Positions 28,301 to 38,863 of a stretch of 64,000 nucleotides of DNA are shown in pieces. This stretch comes from Candidatus Auribacter fodinae (lineage in GTDB: Bacteria > Auribacterota > Auribacteria > Auribacterales > Auribacteraceae), in the NCBI GenBank assembly GCA_003599815.1, contig QZJZ01000105.1, positions 7,174 through 71,173 of the forward strand, in the 5' to 3' direction. The translations under genes and the position numbers were made by a program. The notes beneath the pieces were generated by a model. The model did not search any database. It worked only from the letters and a program-made list of their open reading frames with translations, and was not told the origin of the DNA. Positions within the stretch are counted from its first letter, which is position 1, and every line of letters starts with the position of its first letter.

Positions 28301-28720
28301 TTTACCGGAAAGGATTTTGTCATAATCGATTTTGAAGGAGAACCCGCCCGCACACTCAGCGAACGGCGGTTAAAACATTCCCCGCTTAAAGATACGGCGG
28401 GGATGATACGTTCTTTTCATTACGCGGCGTACAGCGCTCTGTTTCTACTGCATTCCGTGCGCCCTGAAGACCGTACTCTGATTGAAAAATGGATTGAACC
28501 ATGGCACAGGTTCAGTAGCGGCGCGTTTATGTTCGGGTACCTGAATACCATTCAGGATTCGGGACTTATACCCGAAATACACGAAGATCTGGAAGCACTG
28601 CTTCAGGCATTCCTCATTGAAAAAGCGGTGTATGAAATCGGTTATGAACTGCATAACCGCCCAGATTGGACCATTATTCCGATCAGGGGAATTAATCACA
28701 TTATGAAAAGTACGTTCTAA
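25391..28720 (+). CDS. treS: Trehalose synthase (GH13) fused to maltokinase
   Basis: WYKDAIIYE, DDGYDIADY, MRLDAVPYL, LLAEANQW, FLRNHDELTLE; C-terminal kinase AEQHNSS, RIHGDYHL.QVL, IIDFEGEP. Confidence 0.96.
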   Translation: MAKKDHQSDDDPQWYKDAIIYETHVRAFFDSNDDGIGDFKGMTEKLDYLQSLGITALWLLPFYPSPLRDDGYDIADYYNVHPDYGTLKDFKNFLSAAHKRGIKVITELVINHTSSEHEWFRNSRRARPGSNAREFYVWSDTPDKYKDARIIFQDFESSNWSWDSIAQAYYWHRFYSHQPDLNFDNPAVGKAVFRALDFWLRMGVDGMRLDAVPYLFERDGTNCENLPETHEFLKKLRAHIDQTYKNKMLLAEANQWPEDAAAYFGNGDECHMAFHFPLMPRMFMAVQMEDSFPIIDILKSTPKIPSACEWAIFLRNHDELTLEMVTDEERDYMYRMYAKDPRARINVGIRRRLAPLLRNNRRKIELINILLFSLPGTPVLYYGDEIGMGDNYYLGDRNGVRTPMQWTPDRNAGFSKTNPQQLYLPVITDPEYHYEAINVETQDRNPSSLLWWMKRVIAMRKRLPALVKGDLKILIPSNGKVLAFTRSYQNETILVVANLSRFTQVLNLDLAEYEGYKPVEVFSLNEFPPIRRKPYVLTMSPYAHYWISLVRELESIHVSTTCSSMPVITTAGWRNVLTEGHKQKLTSDILPGYLKSCTWFKAREKAIRKIDIVEDAIIRHESSAYHLLFLSISFNEGSPDTYFLPISLQPQKDAQRIIEDYPKRIITTIMIDNEDSIIYDSTCDESFHKALLTHILSRKRIRGKQGDFTASTLIKHTHAGISENFHALSHPLEAEQHNSSVIYGKSLIAKLYRRIETGTNPELDITHHLSTETRFEHIPPFVGALEYTTPDNEPATVAIIQKYMEHTADAWTYTVDAVSAYFESVLSGKDELADMDFELPAMLDVDPDNVPVFMQDLLGGAYLQMAELLGKRTGELHLALAEITDSTFQPQAFSTLYQRSVCQSIQSLVRRNFLQIKKYKSLLPENIRKEAEAIASSEQKIVNRLETINQKKFHAMKIRIHGDYHLKQVLFTGKDFVIIDFEGEPARTLSERRLKHSPLKDTAGMIRSFHYAAYSALFLLHSVRPEDRTLIEKWIEPWHRFSSGAFMFGYLNTIQDSGLIPEIHEDLEALLQAFLIEKAVYEIGYELHNRPDWTIIPIRGINHIMKSTF

Positions 28721-28736
28721 CTGTAATGGAGGAATT

Positions 28737-30692
28737 ATGCCGTCTTCTGCACATAAACAAAATGTTATTCATGGAGTAAGCCTCTTTACGGAATACGATA
28801 TTCATTTATTCCGGGAAGGAAGCCATTTTAATCTGTACACCAAATTCGGTTCGCATACCATGACCGTTGACGGAACGGAAGGCACCTATTTTGCCGTCTG
28901 GGCTCCCAACGCAAAACATGTATACGTTATGGGCGATTTCAATAAATGGAAAAAAACGTCCCATCCTCTGGCTGTGCGCTGGGACAGTTCCGGGATATGG
29001 GAAGGGTTTATACCCGGCCTGAAAAAAGGTACGCGCTACAAATATAATATAATCTCCCATCATAACAATTACAAAGTGGATAAAGGCGACCCCTATGCCC
29101 TGTTCTGGGAAATATCCCCGAACACCGCGTCACGCGTCTGGGATCTGGAGTACGAATGGAACGATGCCGAATGGATGAAAAAGAGAAGGCATTACAATTC
29201 CCTGCATGCTCCGCAATCCATTTATGAAGTGCACCTCGGTTCATGGCGGCGCGTACCCGACGATAACGGGTTCCTCTCGTACCGGGATATGGCGCCGTAT
29301 CTTGTCCAGCACGTCAAAAAAATGGGGTTTACGCATGTTGAGTTCCTGCCGGTCATGGAACATCCTTTTTACGGGTCATGGGGATACCAGTGCGTAGGAT
29401 ACTTCGCGCCGACCAGCAGGTTCGGCACACCGCAGGATTTCATGTACCTGATCGATTACCTGCACCAGCACGATATCGGGGTGATCCTCGACTGGGTACC
29501 GTCGCACTTCCCGTCCGACGAGCATGGCCCAATCTATTTTGACGGAACGCACCTCTACGAGCACGCCGACCCGCGCAAGGGATTTCATCCTGACTGGAAA
29601 AGCTATATCTTCAATTTCGGCAGGAACGAAGTGCGCAATTTTCTTATCAGCAACGCCTTGTTCTGGCTGGAAAATTACCATGCAGACGGTTTGCGGGTAG
29701 ACGCCGTCGCCTCTATGCTCTACCTCGATTATTCCCGCAAAGAGGGAGAATGGATCCCTAACGAGTACGGCGGCAGGGAAAACCTTGAGGCGATTCATTT
29801 CATGCGCCGCCTCAACGAAGTGGTGTACGAACGATTTCCCGATACACAGACCATTGCCGAGGAATCCACGTCATGGCCCATGGTGTCACGCCCAAACTAT
29901 CTGGGCGGGCTCGGGTTCGGCATGAAATGGAACATGGGCTGGATGCACGATACGCTGGCGTATCTGTCAAAAGACCCCATATACAGGGTATACCATCACG
30001 GACAACTGACATTCAGCATAATGTACGCCTTCTCCGAAAACTTCGTGCTTGCGTTGTCGCACGATGAGGTTGTTCACGGCAAAGGGTCGCTGATAAATAA
30101 GATGCCCGGAGACGAATGGCAGAAATTCGCCAATCTTCGACTGCTCATGGCGTACATGTTTACGCATCCCGGCAAAAAACTCCTTTTCATGGGCGCTGAA
30201 TTCGGGCAATGGAACGAATGGAACCACGATAACAGCCTCGACTGGCACCTGACGCAGTATCCTCTGCATAGAGGGTTACAGCAATTAATAAGCCAGCTCA
30301 ATTTTATATATCGCCGTGAATCAGCGCTGTATGATCTGGACAATCACCCGAACGGATTTGAATGGCTCGATTGCCATGACTGCGAAAAAAGCATTATCAG
30401 TTATGTCAGGAAAGGATCTCTGCCGGACAGCAATATGATCATAGCCTGCAATTTCACTCCTGTACCCCGTTACAATTACACAATCGGTGTGGAGGAAAAG
30501 GGGTACTGGAATGAAGTACTCAACACGGACGCTGGGGAATACGGCGGTAGCGGAATCGGCAATTTCGGCGGCGTTGAAGCCCGGCAGGTGCCGTGTCACG
30601 GCAAAACTCGTTCCATTTCAATCACTTTACCACCTCTGGCTGCGGTCATATTCAAAAAAACACCTCAGGCGGAAGAAGGACAGAAAACGTGA
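28737..30692 (+). CDS. glgB: 1,4-alpha-glucan branching enzyme
   Basis: FAVWAPNA, YEVHLGSW, EHPFYGSWGYQ, LRVDAVASMLY, AEESTSWP, LSHDEVVHGK. Confidence 0.96.
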   Translation: MPSSAHKQNVIHGVSLFTEYDIHLFREGSHFNLYTKFGSHTMTVDGTEGTYFAVWAPNAKHVYVMGDFNKWKKTSHPLAVRWDSSGIWEGFIPGLKKGTRYKYNIISHHNNYKVDKGDPYALFWEISPNTASRVWDLEYEWNDAEWMKKRRHYNSLHAPQSIYEVHLGSWRRVPDDNGFLSYRDMAPYLVQHVKKMGFTHVEFLPVMEHPFYGSWGYQCVGYFAPTSRFGTPQDFMYLIDYLHQHDIGVILDWVPSHFPSDEHGPIYFDGTHLYEHADPRKGFHPDWKSYIFNFGRNEVRNFLISNALFWLENYHADGLRVDAVASMLYLDYSRKEGEWIPNEYGGRENLEAIHFMRRLNEVVYERFPDTQTIAEESTSWPMVSRPNYLGGLGFGMKWNMGWMHDTLAYLSKDPIYRVYHHGQLTFSIMYAFSENFVLALSHDEVVHGKGSLINKMPGDEWQKFANLRLLMAYMFTHPGKKLLFMGAEFGQWNEWNHDNSLDWHLTQYPLHRGLQQLISQLNFIYRRESALYDLDNHPNGFEWLDCHDCEKSIISYVRKGSLPDSNMIIACNFTPVPRYNYTIGVEEKGYWNEVLNTDAGEYGGSGIGNFGGVEARQVPCHGKTRSISITLPPLAAVIFKKTPQAEEGQKT

Positions 30693-32548
30693 TCAAATCC
30701 GACATTTTTCCCGTAGGATGCTGGTACATAGGCAATAAAAAGGCCTCATTTACCGTGTGGGCTCCGAAAGCGGAGCAGGTCGACGTTGAATTTACCGCTG
30801 TAAACAGGATAGTCCCGCTTACGTACGCAGACTTGGGGTACTGGCGCGGGGTAATTGAAGAGGTTGAACCGGGTTCGCCATATAAATACCGGCTCAACCA
30901 GTCGTGTTCATTTCCTGACCCCGCTTCTTTTTATCAGCAGGACGGCGTCCATCAGCCTTCTGTGGTGGTCAATCACGGCGGGTTTCACTGGGCAGACCAT
31001 AAATGGGCTAACCTGCCGCTCGAATCATACATAGTATACGAAATTCATGTAGGAACATTCACGCCGGAGGGAACCTTTGACGCGGTTATTGATAAACTCG
31101 GCTACCTGAGCGACCTTGGCATTAACGCACTGCAAATCATGCCTGTCGCCCAGTTTCCGGGAAATCGCAACTGGGGATATGACGGCACATACCCGTTTGC
31201 CGTGCAGAATTCGTACGGAGGGCCTGACGGACTCAAACGGCTTGTCAATGCCTGCCATTCATACGGCATAGCGGTTGCGCTTGATGTGGTATACAACCAT
31301 TTCGGGCCTGAAGGAAATTACAGCGGAATGTTTGGGTATTATACAACACCTAAGCATCATACGCCGTGGGGGGACGCCATCAATTACGATAGCGAATACT
31401 CGTTCGCGGTACGGTCTTTTGTCATCCAGAACGCCCTGTACTGGTTTCAGGAATATCACATTGACGCACTGCGCATAGACGCCATTCACGGTATTTTCGA
31501 TATGAGCGCGAAACATATTCTTGAAGATTTGGCGGAACACACGAAAACACTCAGCAAAGACCTTGACAAACCATTGTACCTGATAGCGGAAAGCGACCTG
31601 AACGACGCGCGGGTTATCAGGGAAAAAGCACAGGGCGGATACGGTATCCATGCCCAGTGGAATGACGATTTCCATCATGCTCTGCATGCAGTGCTCACCG
31701 GAGAAAAAACAGGATACTACGCTGATTTCGGGACGATTGACAACCTTGTCAAAGCAATCCGTGAAGGATTTGTGTACTCTTGGGAATACTCAGTTTACCG
31801 CAAACGGTTCTTCGGCAGTTCATCTAAAGATATTCCCCCGCAAAAATTCGTGGCGTATATCCAGAACCATGACCAGACAGGCAACCGCCACTCCGGTGAC
31901 AGGCTGTCAGCTCTTGTGTCCTACGAAGCATTGAAACTGGCGGCAGGCGCGCTGATTACCAGCCCGTTTATCCCGCTCCTATTCATGGGTGAGGAATACG
32001 GCGAAGAGTCGCCGTTCCTTTATTTCATCAGCCACAGCGACGAACATCTCATCAATGCGGTGCGTGAAGGACGGAAAAAAGATTTCAAGTCATTCGGTTG
32101 GACAACTGAACCTCCTGACCCGCAAAGCGAATCGGCTTTCGAGCATTCAAAATTGTACTGGGACAGGTTATCGCAGACACGGAACAAGGCATTACACGAA
32201 TATTATCAGGCACTGCTGGAACTGCGCAAAAAACTCCCGGCTCTGTCAATCCTGACCAAAAAAAAGCTCCATGTGGAACGAATTCCCGATACAGCTGTGG
32301 TGCTCATGCACCGTTGGGACGAGGCAAAACATGTCCTTGTTCTGATGAACTTCAGCAATCAGGACTATTCCATTACCCTTGAACAGGCGCAGGAAACCAG
32401 CATCAAACTGCTCGATTCATACGAGGAATGCTGGATGGCATCAGGATCAGGAATATCATCCACTGTCGGAGTGGGACAGCGCATCACCGTGAAGCCGTAT
32501 CATTTCCTGATATTCATGACAGAAAGCCGAGAGCATGACGATCAATAG
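30689..32548 (+). CDS. treZ: Malto-oligosyltrehalose trehalohydrolase
   Basis: PDPAS..Q..GVH.PS, RNWGYDG, DVVYNHFGPEGNY, LRIDAIH, IAESDLND, QNHDQ.GNR. GTG at 30689 overlaps the glgB TGA (GTGA). Confidence 0.93.
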   Translation: MIKSDIFPVGCWYIGNKKASFTVWAPKAEQVDVEFTAVNRIVPLTYADLGYWRGVIEEVEPGSPYKYRLNQSCSFPDPASFYQQDGVHQPSVVVNHGGFHWADHKWANLPLESYIVYEIHVGTFTPEGTFDAVIDKLGYLSDLGINALQIMPVAQFPGNRNWGYDGTYPFAVQNSYGGPDGLKRLVNACHSYGIAVALDVVYNHFGPEGNYSGMFGYYTTPKHHTPWGDAINYDSEYSFAVRSFVIQNALYWFQEYHIDALRIDAIHGIFDMSAKHILEDLAEHTKTLSKDLDKPLYLIAESDLNDARVIREKAQGGYGIHAQWNDDFHHALHAVLTGEKTGYYADFGTIDNLVKAIREGFVYSWEYSVYRKRFFGSSSKDIPPQKFVAYIQNHDQTGNRHSGDRLSALVSYEALKLAAGALITSPFIPLLFMGEEYGEESPFLYFISHSDEHLINAVREGRKKDFKSFGWTTEPPDPQSESAFEHSKLYWDRLSQTRNKALHEYYQALLELRKKLPALSILTKKKLHVERIPDTAVVLMHRWDEAKHVLVLMNFSNQDYSITLEQAQETSIKLLDSYEECWMASGSGISSTVGVGQRITVKPYHFLIFMTESREHDDQ

Positions 32549-32682
32549 GGCTTGTAAAATTTCCGCATAAGCACAGAATAAAAACGTAACATCAATTAAA
32601 AAAATTAACTATTTTATATTTTTGTAAAATTCATTATAGTAAAAATCACGCAGTCGATACATATCCATTCAATTAAGGAGAA

Positions 32683-33243
32683 ATGATTATGTGGATTATT
32701 ATTGCGGCAATAGCAGTGCCTGTTTTGTTCATCATTATCATGTACAACAGCCTTGTCGGCAAAAAAAATAAGGTAAACAACACCTTTGCCAGCATCGACG
32801 TCATGCTCAAAAAGCGATACGACTTGATCCCTAATCTCGTTGCCGCCGTTAAAAATTATATGAAACATGAAAAAAGTACCCTGACAGAAATAACCGAACT
32901 CAGGGCTAAAGCCATTTCCCCGAATATATCCGATGAAGAAAAAGTCGACCTCGATAACAAAATCACCGGCGCCCTCGGCGGAATCATGGTTGCCGTTGAA
33001 AATTATCCTGACCTGAAAGCGAATCAGAATTTCCTCCAGCTCCAAGGCGCGATTAACGAAGTTGAGGAACAGATCTCAGCCGCGCGCAGAGCATATAACG
33101 CCACAGTCACAGACTATAACAATGCGGTGGAAATGTTTCCGACAAACATTATGGCATCCATGATGAAATACAAACAGAAGCCGTTCTTCGCCATACCTGA
33201 AACAGAGCGGGCAAACGTTAATGTGAACCAGCTGTTTGAATAA
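32683..33243 (+). CDS. lemA: LemA family protein
   Basis: TM then YNSLV, IDV.LKKRYDLIPNLV, ENYPDLKANQNF, RR.YN..V..YN. Confidence 0.95.
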   Translation: MIMWIIIAAIAVPVLFIIIMYNSLVGKKNKVNNTFASIDVMLKKRYDLIPNLVAAVKNYMKHEKSTLTEITELRAKAISPNISDEEKVDLDNKITGALGGIMVAVENYPDLKANQNFLQLQGAINEVEEQISAARRAYNATVTDYNNAVEMFPTNIMASMMKYKQKPFFAIPETERANVNVNQLFE

Positions 33244-33245
33244 TA

Positions 33246-34199
33246 ATGAAAACCATCGAAGATCTTCAGAAATTTTATAACGAAGAGCTTATTAAAGACT
33301 TAGAGGTTCTCGAAACCAAACGAAAAAAAACGCTGTCCACAGTCTTCGCAGTACTTCTTCCTTTACTCGCAGTCATAGCTGTAGTCATGCTGTTTTTCAG
33401 TGACAAAGGAAGCAATGCCCTTATTTTTATTGTGGTCATTGCGATCGCGGTGATTTTTCTTATCTTCTCTCTTCTGACCAGAGGGTATGTCAGCACCTTT
33501 AAAGATACTGTCATCCATAAGATAGTAGAATTTATCGATCCGAACCTCAGTTATAATAAATCGAATTATGTGACATCTTCCGAATTCATGAACAGCGGCA
33601 TATTTCTAAGGGAACCCGACCGCTACAAAGGCGAAGACTATGTACGGGGCATTCTTGATAAAACAAACATCGAGTTCTCTGAAATCAACGCAGAATATGA
33701 AACCCGCGATAATAAAGGGAGAAAAAGTTACCACACTATTTTCAAAGGGCTTTTTTTTATCGCTGATTTCAATAAAGATTTCAAAGGCAGGACACTCGTT
33801 CTGCCTGATACCGCAGAAAAACTGTTTAAGGGGCTCGGCAAAATGCTTCAGTCATGGAATATCTCGCGCCCTGAACTGATTAAGCTGGAAGACCCTGAAT
33901 TTGAAAAACATTTCGCGGTATACGGGACAGATCAGATAGAAGCGCGCTATATCCTCTCCACCAGCTTAATGAAACGAATATGCGATTTTCGGGAGAAATC
34001 CCGCAAAAAACTGGCGTTGTCATTTGTCAACTCACGGTTGTACATCGCACTGACTACAAATAAAAATATGCTGGAACCGCGACTGTTCCGCACACTGCTC
34101 AACTTTAAGCTGGTACAGGAATATTTTGAGGATCTCAAACTCGCTGTCGACATTGTGGAAGACCTGAACCTCAACAGGCGTATCTGGAGCAAACAATAA
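33246..34199 (+). CDS. DUF3137-like membrane protein (common lemA partner)
   Basis: Two TMs; ED...G, IFKGLF, LEDPEFEK.F.VY.TDQIEARYILS. Confidence 0.82.
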   Translation: MKTIEDLQKFYNEELIKDLEVLETKRKKTLSTVFAVLLPLLAVIAVVMLFFSDKGSNALIFIVVIAIAVIFLIFSLLTRGYVSTFKDTVIHKIVEFIDPNLSYNKSNYVTSSEFMNSGIFLREPDRYKGEDYVRGILDKTNIEFSEINAEYETRDNKGRKSYHTIFKGLFFIADFNKDFKGRTLVLPDTAEKLFKGLGKMLQSWNISRPELIKLEDPEFEKHFAVYGTDQIEARYILSTSLMKRICDFREKSRKKLALSFVNSRLYIALTTNKNMLEPRLFRTLLNFKLVQEYFEDLKLAVDIVEDLNLNRRIWSKQ

Positions 34200-34444
34200 C
34201 ACAGGATAGTGCAGTTGCCGATCACACTTCGCTTGTTCTGCTTAGTTTCCCCGAATTTATCCGCATTCAAGAGAGTACGCATAAAAAGTATTCAGTATAC
34301 TGATTTCGATTTCGTACCGACAATTATTGTAAAAAAATGTTCAGCCGGCGCGGCGATTGGTAATCTTAAATATTGTCTTAAGCGCTCATTAATGATAGGC
34401 TTTATTGCGTTACAAAACATCCATTTACTTAAAATCACGGACAT

Positions 34445-35605
34445 ATGACTAAAAAAACACTGTTAGTATCAGAAATATTCCCTCCGACCACAGGAGGCAG
34501 TGGACGGTGGTTTTTTGAGGTGTATTCCCGCTTATCAAAGAAAGATTATTATATCGCGGGGGGCACACATCCTGACGCGGAGCAGTTTGACAAACAGCAT
34601 CCTGAATTAAGCATTGACCGCTGGCATCTCAAAATTCCTTCATGGGGCATTTTATCTTTTTCAGGTCTATACGCATACACAACATTGTTCTTTAAACTTG
34701 CCGGTATGATCCGCCGGGAAAAGATTGAAGCGCTTCACAGCGCGCGAAATCTTCCTGAAGGCTTTTTGTGCTGGCTTGCTTCCAAATTATTCAGGCGTCC
34801 CTATTTAACCTATGTGCACGGCGAAGAACTGCAAACTCTTGCCGCGAGCCGTGAACTGTTTTTCATGTCCAGACTGGTTTATAACGGCGCTCAGCGCATT
34901 ATAGTCAACAGCGCAAATACAAAAAGATTGATGATCGATTATTATCCGTCAACATCCGACAAAATCCGTATTGTCCATCCCGGAGTAAATTCCGAGTATT
35001 TCGTGCCAGCCAAGCCGTCCGAAAAGGTAAGGAAAGAACTGGGATGGGGCAACAGAACCGTCATGATCACCGTCGGGCGGCTTCAAAAACGCAAGGGGCA
35101 CGACAATACCATCAGGGCATTACACGCCATCAAAAAAGCTATTCCCGACATACTCTACGTTATTATTGGAAACGGAGAAGAGAACGAACATCTCAGAGAA
35201 CTGGTGCGGGAATTAAACCTTGAGGAGCACGTTCAGTTCCGCGGCGAGATCACGGACGGGCAGTTACTGCGCTGTTATCAGCAATGCGACCTGTTTATAC
35301 TCGCTAACCGTGATATTAACGGTGATATCGAAGGGTTCGGCATGGTTCTGGTTGAAGCACAGGCGTGCGGCAAACCAGTCATCGCCGGCGATTCCGGCGG
35401 CACTGCCGAAACCATGATCCCCGGAGAAACCGGGCTTCTTATCGACTGCACCAATCCCGACCTGATCGCGAAAGGCGTTGTATCCATATTGACAGATCAG
35501 GAAAAACACAGAGCCATATCAAAAAAAGCGCGGGACTGGGTAGAAAACAACCTCGATTGGAAATCTCTAGTTCATAAAGCCGCCGCCATATTTGACGAGC
35601 TGTAA
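34445..35605 (+). CDS. Glycosyltransferase family 4
   Basis: FPPTTGGSG, HGEE, VGRL..RKG.D, EGFGMVLVEAQACGKPV. Confidence 0.92.
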   Translation: MTKKTLLVSEIFPPTTGGSGRWFFEVYSRLSKKDYYIAGGTHPDAEQFDKQHPELSIDRWHLKIPSWGILSFSGLYAYTTLFFKLAGMIRREKIEALHSARNLPEGFLCWLASKLFRRPYLTYVHGEELQTLAASRELFFMSRLVYNGAQRIIVNSANTKRLMIDYYPSTSDKIRIVHPGVNSEYFVPAKPSEKVRKELGWGNRTVMITVGRLQKRKGHDNTIRALHAIKKAIPDILYVIIGNGEENEHLRELVRELNLEEHVQFRGEITDGQLLRCYQQCDLFILANRDINGDIEGFGMVLVEAQACGKPVIAGDSGGTAETMIPGETGLLIDCTNPDLIAKGVVSILTDQEKHRAISKKARDWVENNLDWKSLVHKAAAIFDEL

Positions 35606-35829
35606 TACATTTCCGGCACATGCATTGAGCCCTGAACCTGACTATTAATTAGCCCCTGATATGCCTGATTCCTGAAATAAATATGATACATTATTCTTGT
35701 TCACCGAAAACAATTTTGGTAAAATGACGTTATATCTTTTCATTTTGAGACGGATTCTTTTAGGTCAATTGTCTTTAACCAGCGTATGCCCAACCATTTT
35801 TAACCGAAAAAAAATACAGGAGAAAAAGT

Positions 35830-36558
35830 ATGCGGAAATCATTCATTATGCTGATCTTGTGCGGCGTTGCGGCAACGATTGCCCTGAATGGCTGTAAAGC
35901 CGGTGCCGGCAAGGATGCCGGGTTCGTTGATCCTTCAGTGATGGAAAAACGGGCGGACCTCCCTTTCCATAAGGCATGGATAAAAGAAGGGCTGGATAAA
36001 AGCACCTACGACTCTGTATACATCGCCCCCGTCAGTACACAATACCTTATAGTGCAAAACAACTGGTGGCGCGAAATGTTCCGGTATCACCAGATTCAAC
36101 AGGACGCCGAAAAGATAGCTGTTTTTACCCGTGAGGCGTTTGTCAAGGCGTTTAAGGAAGACCCGAACCACCGCTTTGAAGTTGTTGATGAACCACGCGA
36201 AAATACCTTTATTGTGGAACTCGCCATTATCGAATTAACACCGAACAACCCGTTCCTGAAAGCCGGCAGTTACGCCCCATTTGGGATTGGCGCGGGTGTA
36301 TCACTCATTAACTCCACCAATTTGAGCACCGTCGCTTTTGAAGCGCGTATCCGTGACGGCTCAACAGGCGAAACGGTTGCCATGTTCACGGACCGTGAAC
36401 AGGAAAAAAAATATATTGTTACTGATAAGCACCTTACATGGTACGGGCATGCAGAAGACATTATCGATGACTGGGCGCTTCAGTTTGTCGCTCTGGGCAA
36501 CAGGGCTCCGGGAGACATTATCAGCGATACGAAAACCTTCGAATTAAAACCTTGGTAA
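35830..36558 (+). CDS. DUF3313-like lipoprotein
   Basis: Lipobox LNGC; YDSVYIAPV; FEARIRDG.TGE.VAM..D. Confidence 0.7.
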   Translation: MRKSFIMLILCGVAATIALNGCKAGAGKDAGFVDPSVMEKRADLPFHKAWIKEGLDKSTYDSVYIAPVSTQYLIVQNNWWREMFRYHQIQQDAEKIAVFTREAFVKAFKEDPNHRFEVVDEPRENTFIVELAIIELTPNNPFLKAGSYAPFGIGAGVSLINSTNLSTVAFEARIRDGSTGETVAMFTDREQEKKYIVTDKHLTWYGHAEDIIDDWALQFVALGNRAPGDIISDTKTFELKPW

Positions 36559-36578
36559 TAAAACCGATTTTTATACAG

Positions 36579-36615
36579 AAAAACGGCGGGATCTATAATG
36601 ATACCCGCCGTTTTT
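36579..36615. terminator. Bidirectional terminator between convergent genes
   Basis: aaaaacggcggg...cccgccgttttt. Confidence 0.8.
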
Positions 36616-36637
36616 ATCATAAAACCTGAAACACATA

Positions 36638-38527
36638 TCAAACTCTAAACTTATTAACCAGCGTATCCAGTTTTTGCGCTTCCGAGGATAAACCCACCGC
36701 CGCCGCCACACTGTTTCGCGCTCCTTCATCATTCTCATGCGAAATAACGCTGACCTGTTCCACAGACTGATTGATTTCCTCCGCGCCCTGCGCCTGTTCG
36801 TTCATTGCAGTATTGATTTCCTCAGCGACCCTCGTAAGCGATTCAGTCGCTTTGGATATCTCGTCAGCTCCCTGTGCCTGTTCCTGCATAGCGACCAGCG
36901 TTGCCTGTGTGATGCGGTTTACCTCTTCCATTGCCCGGGCAATTTCCTCAGCCCCCTTTTCCTGTTCTCCGGTCTGAAGAGATACCATATTGATCAGGTT
37001 ACTCACTTCTGCAATGGAATCAATCATTTCCCCGATTACAGAATCAACCGACTCAACCAGTTCCACTCCTCGTTCCGCTTTGCTGTTCGCTGTTTTGATG
37101 AGTTCGGTGATTTCCTTTGACGCCTGAGCAGATTGTTCAGCAAGGCCCCGCACCTCAGCGGCAACTACGGCAAACCCTCTTCCCGCCTCACCGGCACGCG
37201 CCGCCTCAATAGCGGCATTCAATGCCAGAAGGTTCGTTTGCGAGGCGATACCGGTAATCACCCCAATAATATTATTTATCTGCTGAGAGCTGTTCGCTAT
37301 GTCCCGCATCCCGTTCACAGACTCCTTAACCGCCAGATTGCCTTTTCGCGCTTTGTCGTTCACCAGCTCAGATATCTGCTGTACTTTAGTCGAATTAGCG
37401 GCTATTTCCTTTATCGACGAGACCAGTTCATCCACCGCCGCGGTTGACTCGTTGACCGCAGATGCCTGCATCTCGACATTTTTGCAAACCGCATCAACAT
37501 TGCGGGACATTTGTTCCACGGATGCGGACGTTTCAGTTACCGAAGCGGTCTGGAGTTCAATACTCTTCAGCACTTCTTGTATATTCCGTGTCATTTGCGC
37601 CACAGCGCTGGACGACTGGTTGCTCACAGAAGCGAGATCCTCTGACCGTTTTGACATCTGCGTCGCCGTGGCGCTCAGTTCCTCAGAGCCTGATGCAATC
37701 TCTTCTGCGGACGCTATGATCTTTTTTACCATATCGCGCAATGAACTCAGAAACACATTGAAATAAAGCGCAAGTTCTCCCACTTCATCTTTTGAGTCAA
37801 CATCTATTGTCCGGGTAAGATCACCTTCGCCTTCAGCTATTTCGCGTAATTTTGCCACCACTTTTTTAATCGGATTTACAATAGCGCCCGCGATATAAAA
37901 AGCTATCAGCAGACCCATTACTACGGATACAGAAAGAACGATCACAATCGTTTTTTTCAGGGCACTAAATGTGTTGTTTTGTATTTTTTCAAGGCGGGCG
38001 TTTTCCTCATCGAACTGCCCGAATAGGGTATTGAATGTGTCCATGAGTCCAGCAAGAATATTTTGTGTCTCCTCTCTATATATGGATTTACACTCATCAG
38101 CCGCTTCATCATTTAAGGACTGCCATGTATCCCTGATTTTTACCGCTGACTCGTGAAGGCACTTATGCGGTTCGCCCATAGACAGTATGGTTTGCTGAAT
38201 ATTTTCAGGGTACAACTTAAATTCTTCGCTCTGCGTCGTTGCGTAAAACCATTTGCCGAACCCGCATTTGGTTGGGTCGGTTTGCACAGTCAGTTCTTTT
38301 TCATTGTTTAAGAAAAGATTGGATATTTTTGCGGCCCATTTGAGATGGTCGATTTCTTTTTCGAGCGCAAACCGTGTAATGTTCAGGTTGTCCGCCCTGC
38401 TCTGTGTAACCTGCGAATACGTGATGCTTTTTGTAAGTGATATCACGCCCATTCCCAGCATCAATGCGAGAATGAGCCCGAACCCAACCAACAGCTTTGT
38501 TCGAATTCCAAAATCATTAATCTTCAT
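36638..38527 (-). CDS. Methyl-accepting chemotaxis protein with CZB-like zinc-binding domain and HAMP
   Basis: Two TMs; DHLKW...CGFGKWFY...PHKCLH (CZB); GDLT..I...SKDEVGELA (HAMP); [35 protein letters not shown]. Confidence 0.93.
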   Translation of the reverse strand: MKINDFGIRTKLLVGFGLILALMLGMGVISLTKSITYSQVTQSRADNLNITRFALEKEIDHLKWAAKISNLFLNNEKELTVQTDPTKCGFGKWFYATTQSEEFKLYPENIQQTILSMGEPHKCLHESAVKIRDTWQSLNDEAADECKSIYREETQNILAGLMDTFNTLFGQFDEENARLEKIQNNTFSALKKTIVIVLSVSVVMGLLIAFYIAGAIVNPIKKVVAKLREIAEGEGDLTRTIDVDSKDEVGELALYFNVFLSSLRDMVKKIIASAEEIASGSEELSATATQMSKRSEDLASVSNQSSSAVAQMTRNIQEVLKSIELQTASVTETSASVEQMSRNVDAVCKNVEMQASAVNESTAAVDELVSSIKEIAANSTKVQQISELVNDKARKGNLAVKESVNGMRDIANSSQQINNIIGVITGIASQTNLLALNAAIEAARAGEAGRGFAVVAAEVRGLAEQSAQASKEITELIKTANSKAERGVELVESVDSVIGEMIDSIAEVSNLINMVSLQTGEQEKGAEEIARAMEEVNRITQATLVAMQEQAQGADEISKATESLTRVAEEINTAMNEQAQGAEEINQSVEQVSVISHENDEGARNSVAAAVGLSSEAQKLDTLVNKFRV

Positions 38528-38663
38528 AGCACCTCTCCTTCATGATGATAACTTCTCAATCGGTTGTTAATTCCCCACGCCCCGTAAAAGTACAATTTCT
38601 TCAATCCGAATACCACGTAACTAAAAAAACAATCTCTCCTTTTTCCTACTATTTTTATAGGAT

Positions 38664-38690
38664 TTATCGGCTCAAATCATCCATCCTTTA
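38664..38690 (-). promoter_or_regulatory. sigma28 (FliA) promoter of the MCP gene
   Basis: Minus strand TAAA-N15-GCCGATAA, a perfect consensus match. Confidence 0.8.
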
Positions 38691-38752
38691 ATTTTTGTAA
38701 AAAAGCGCACAATATATTGGTAACCAATTAGTAAAAGAAAGCAACTCCCCAT

Positions 38753-38780
38753 TTATCGGAATAAAAAGATATTTACTTTA
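38753..38780 (-). promoter_or_regulatory. Second sigma28-like promoter upstream of the MCP
   Basis: Minus strand TAAA-N16-TCCGATAA. Confidence 0.62.
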
Positions 38781-38863
38781 CATTATTTTTAAATTTATTT
38801 AATTTTTTGCTGGACAAATTATTTCTGAGTTTGGTACCGTAAATCAACTTCATCTTGAACCTC
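38761..38863. repeat. Degenerate ~100-bp intergenic duplication, copy 1
   Basis: ataaaaagatatttactttacattatttt...tgctggacaaattatttctgagtttggtaccgt...ttcatcttgaac; similar to 39123-39233. Confidence 0.65.

Noticed and set aside
30593-30688. 96-bp N-terminal extension of treZ overlapping glgB (similar upstream extensions in track ORFs 9995, 19650, 23128, 41187, 41480, 45428, 49447)
   Set aside because: Downstream starts have better RBSs, signal peptides or stop/start coupling, so the extensions are longest-ORF artefacts.
34209-34448. 79-aa ORF between the DUF3137-like and GT4 genes
   Set aside because: No family resemblance and a weak start; probably intergenic or promoter DNA.
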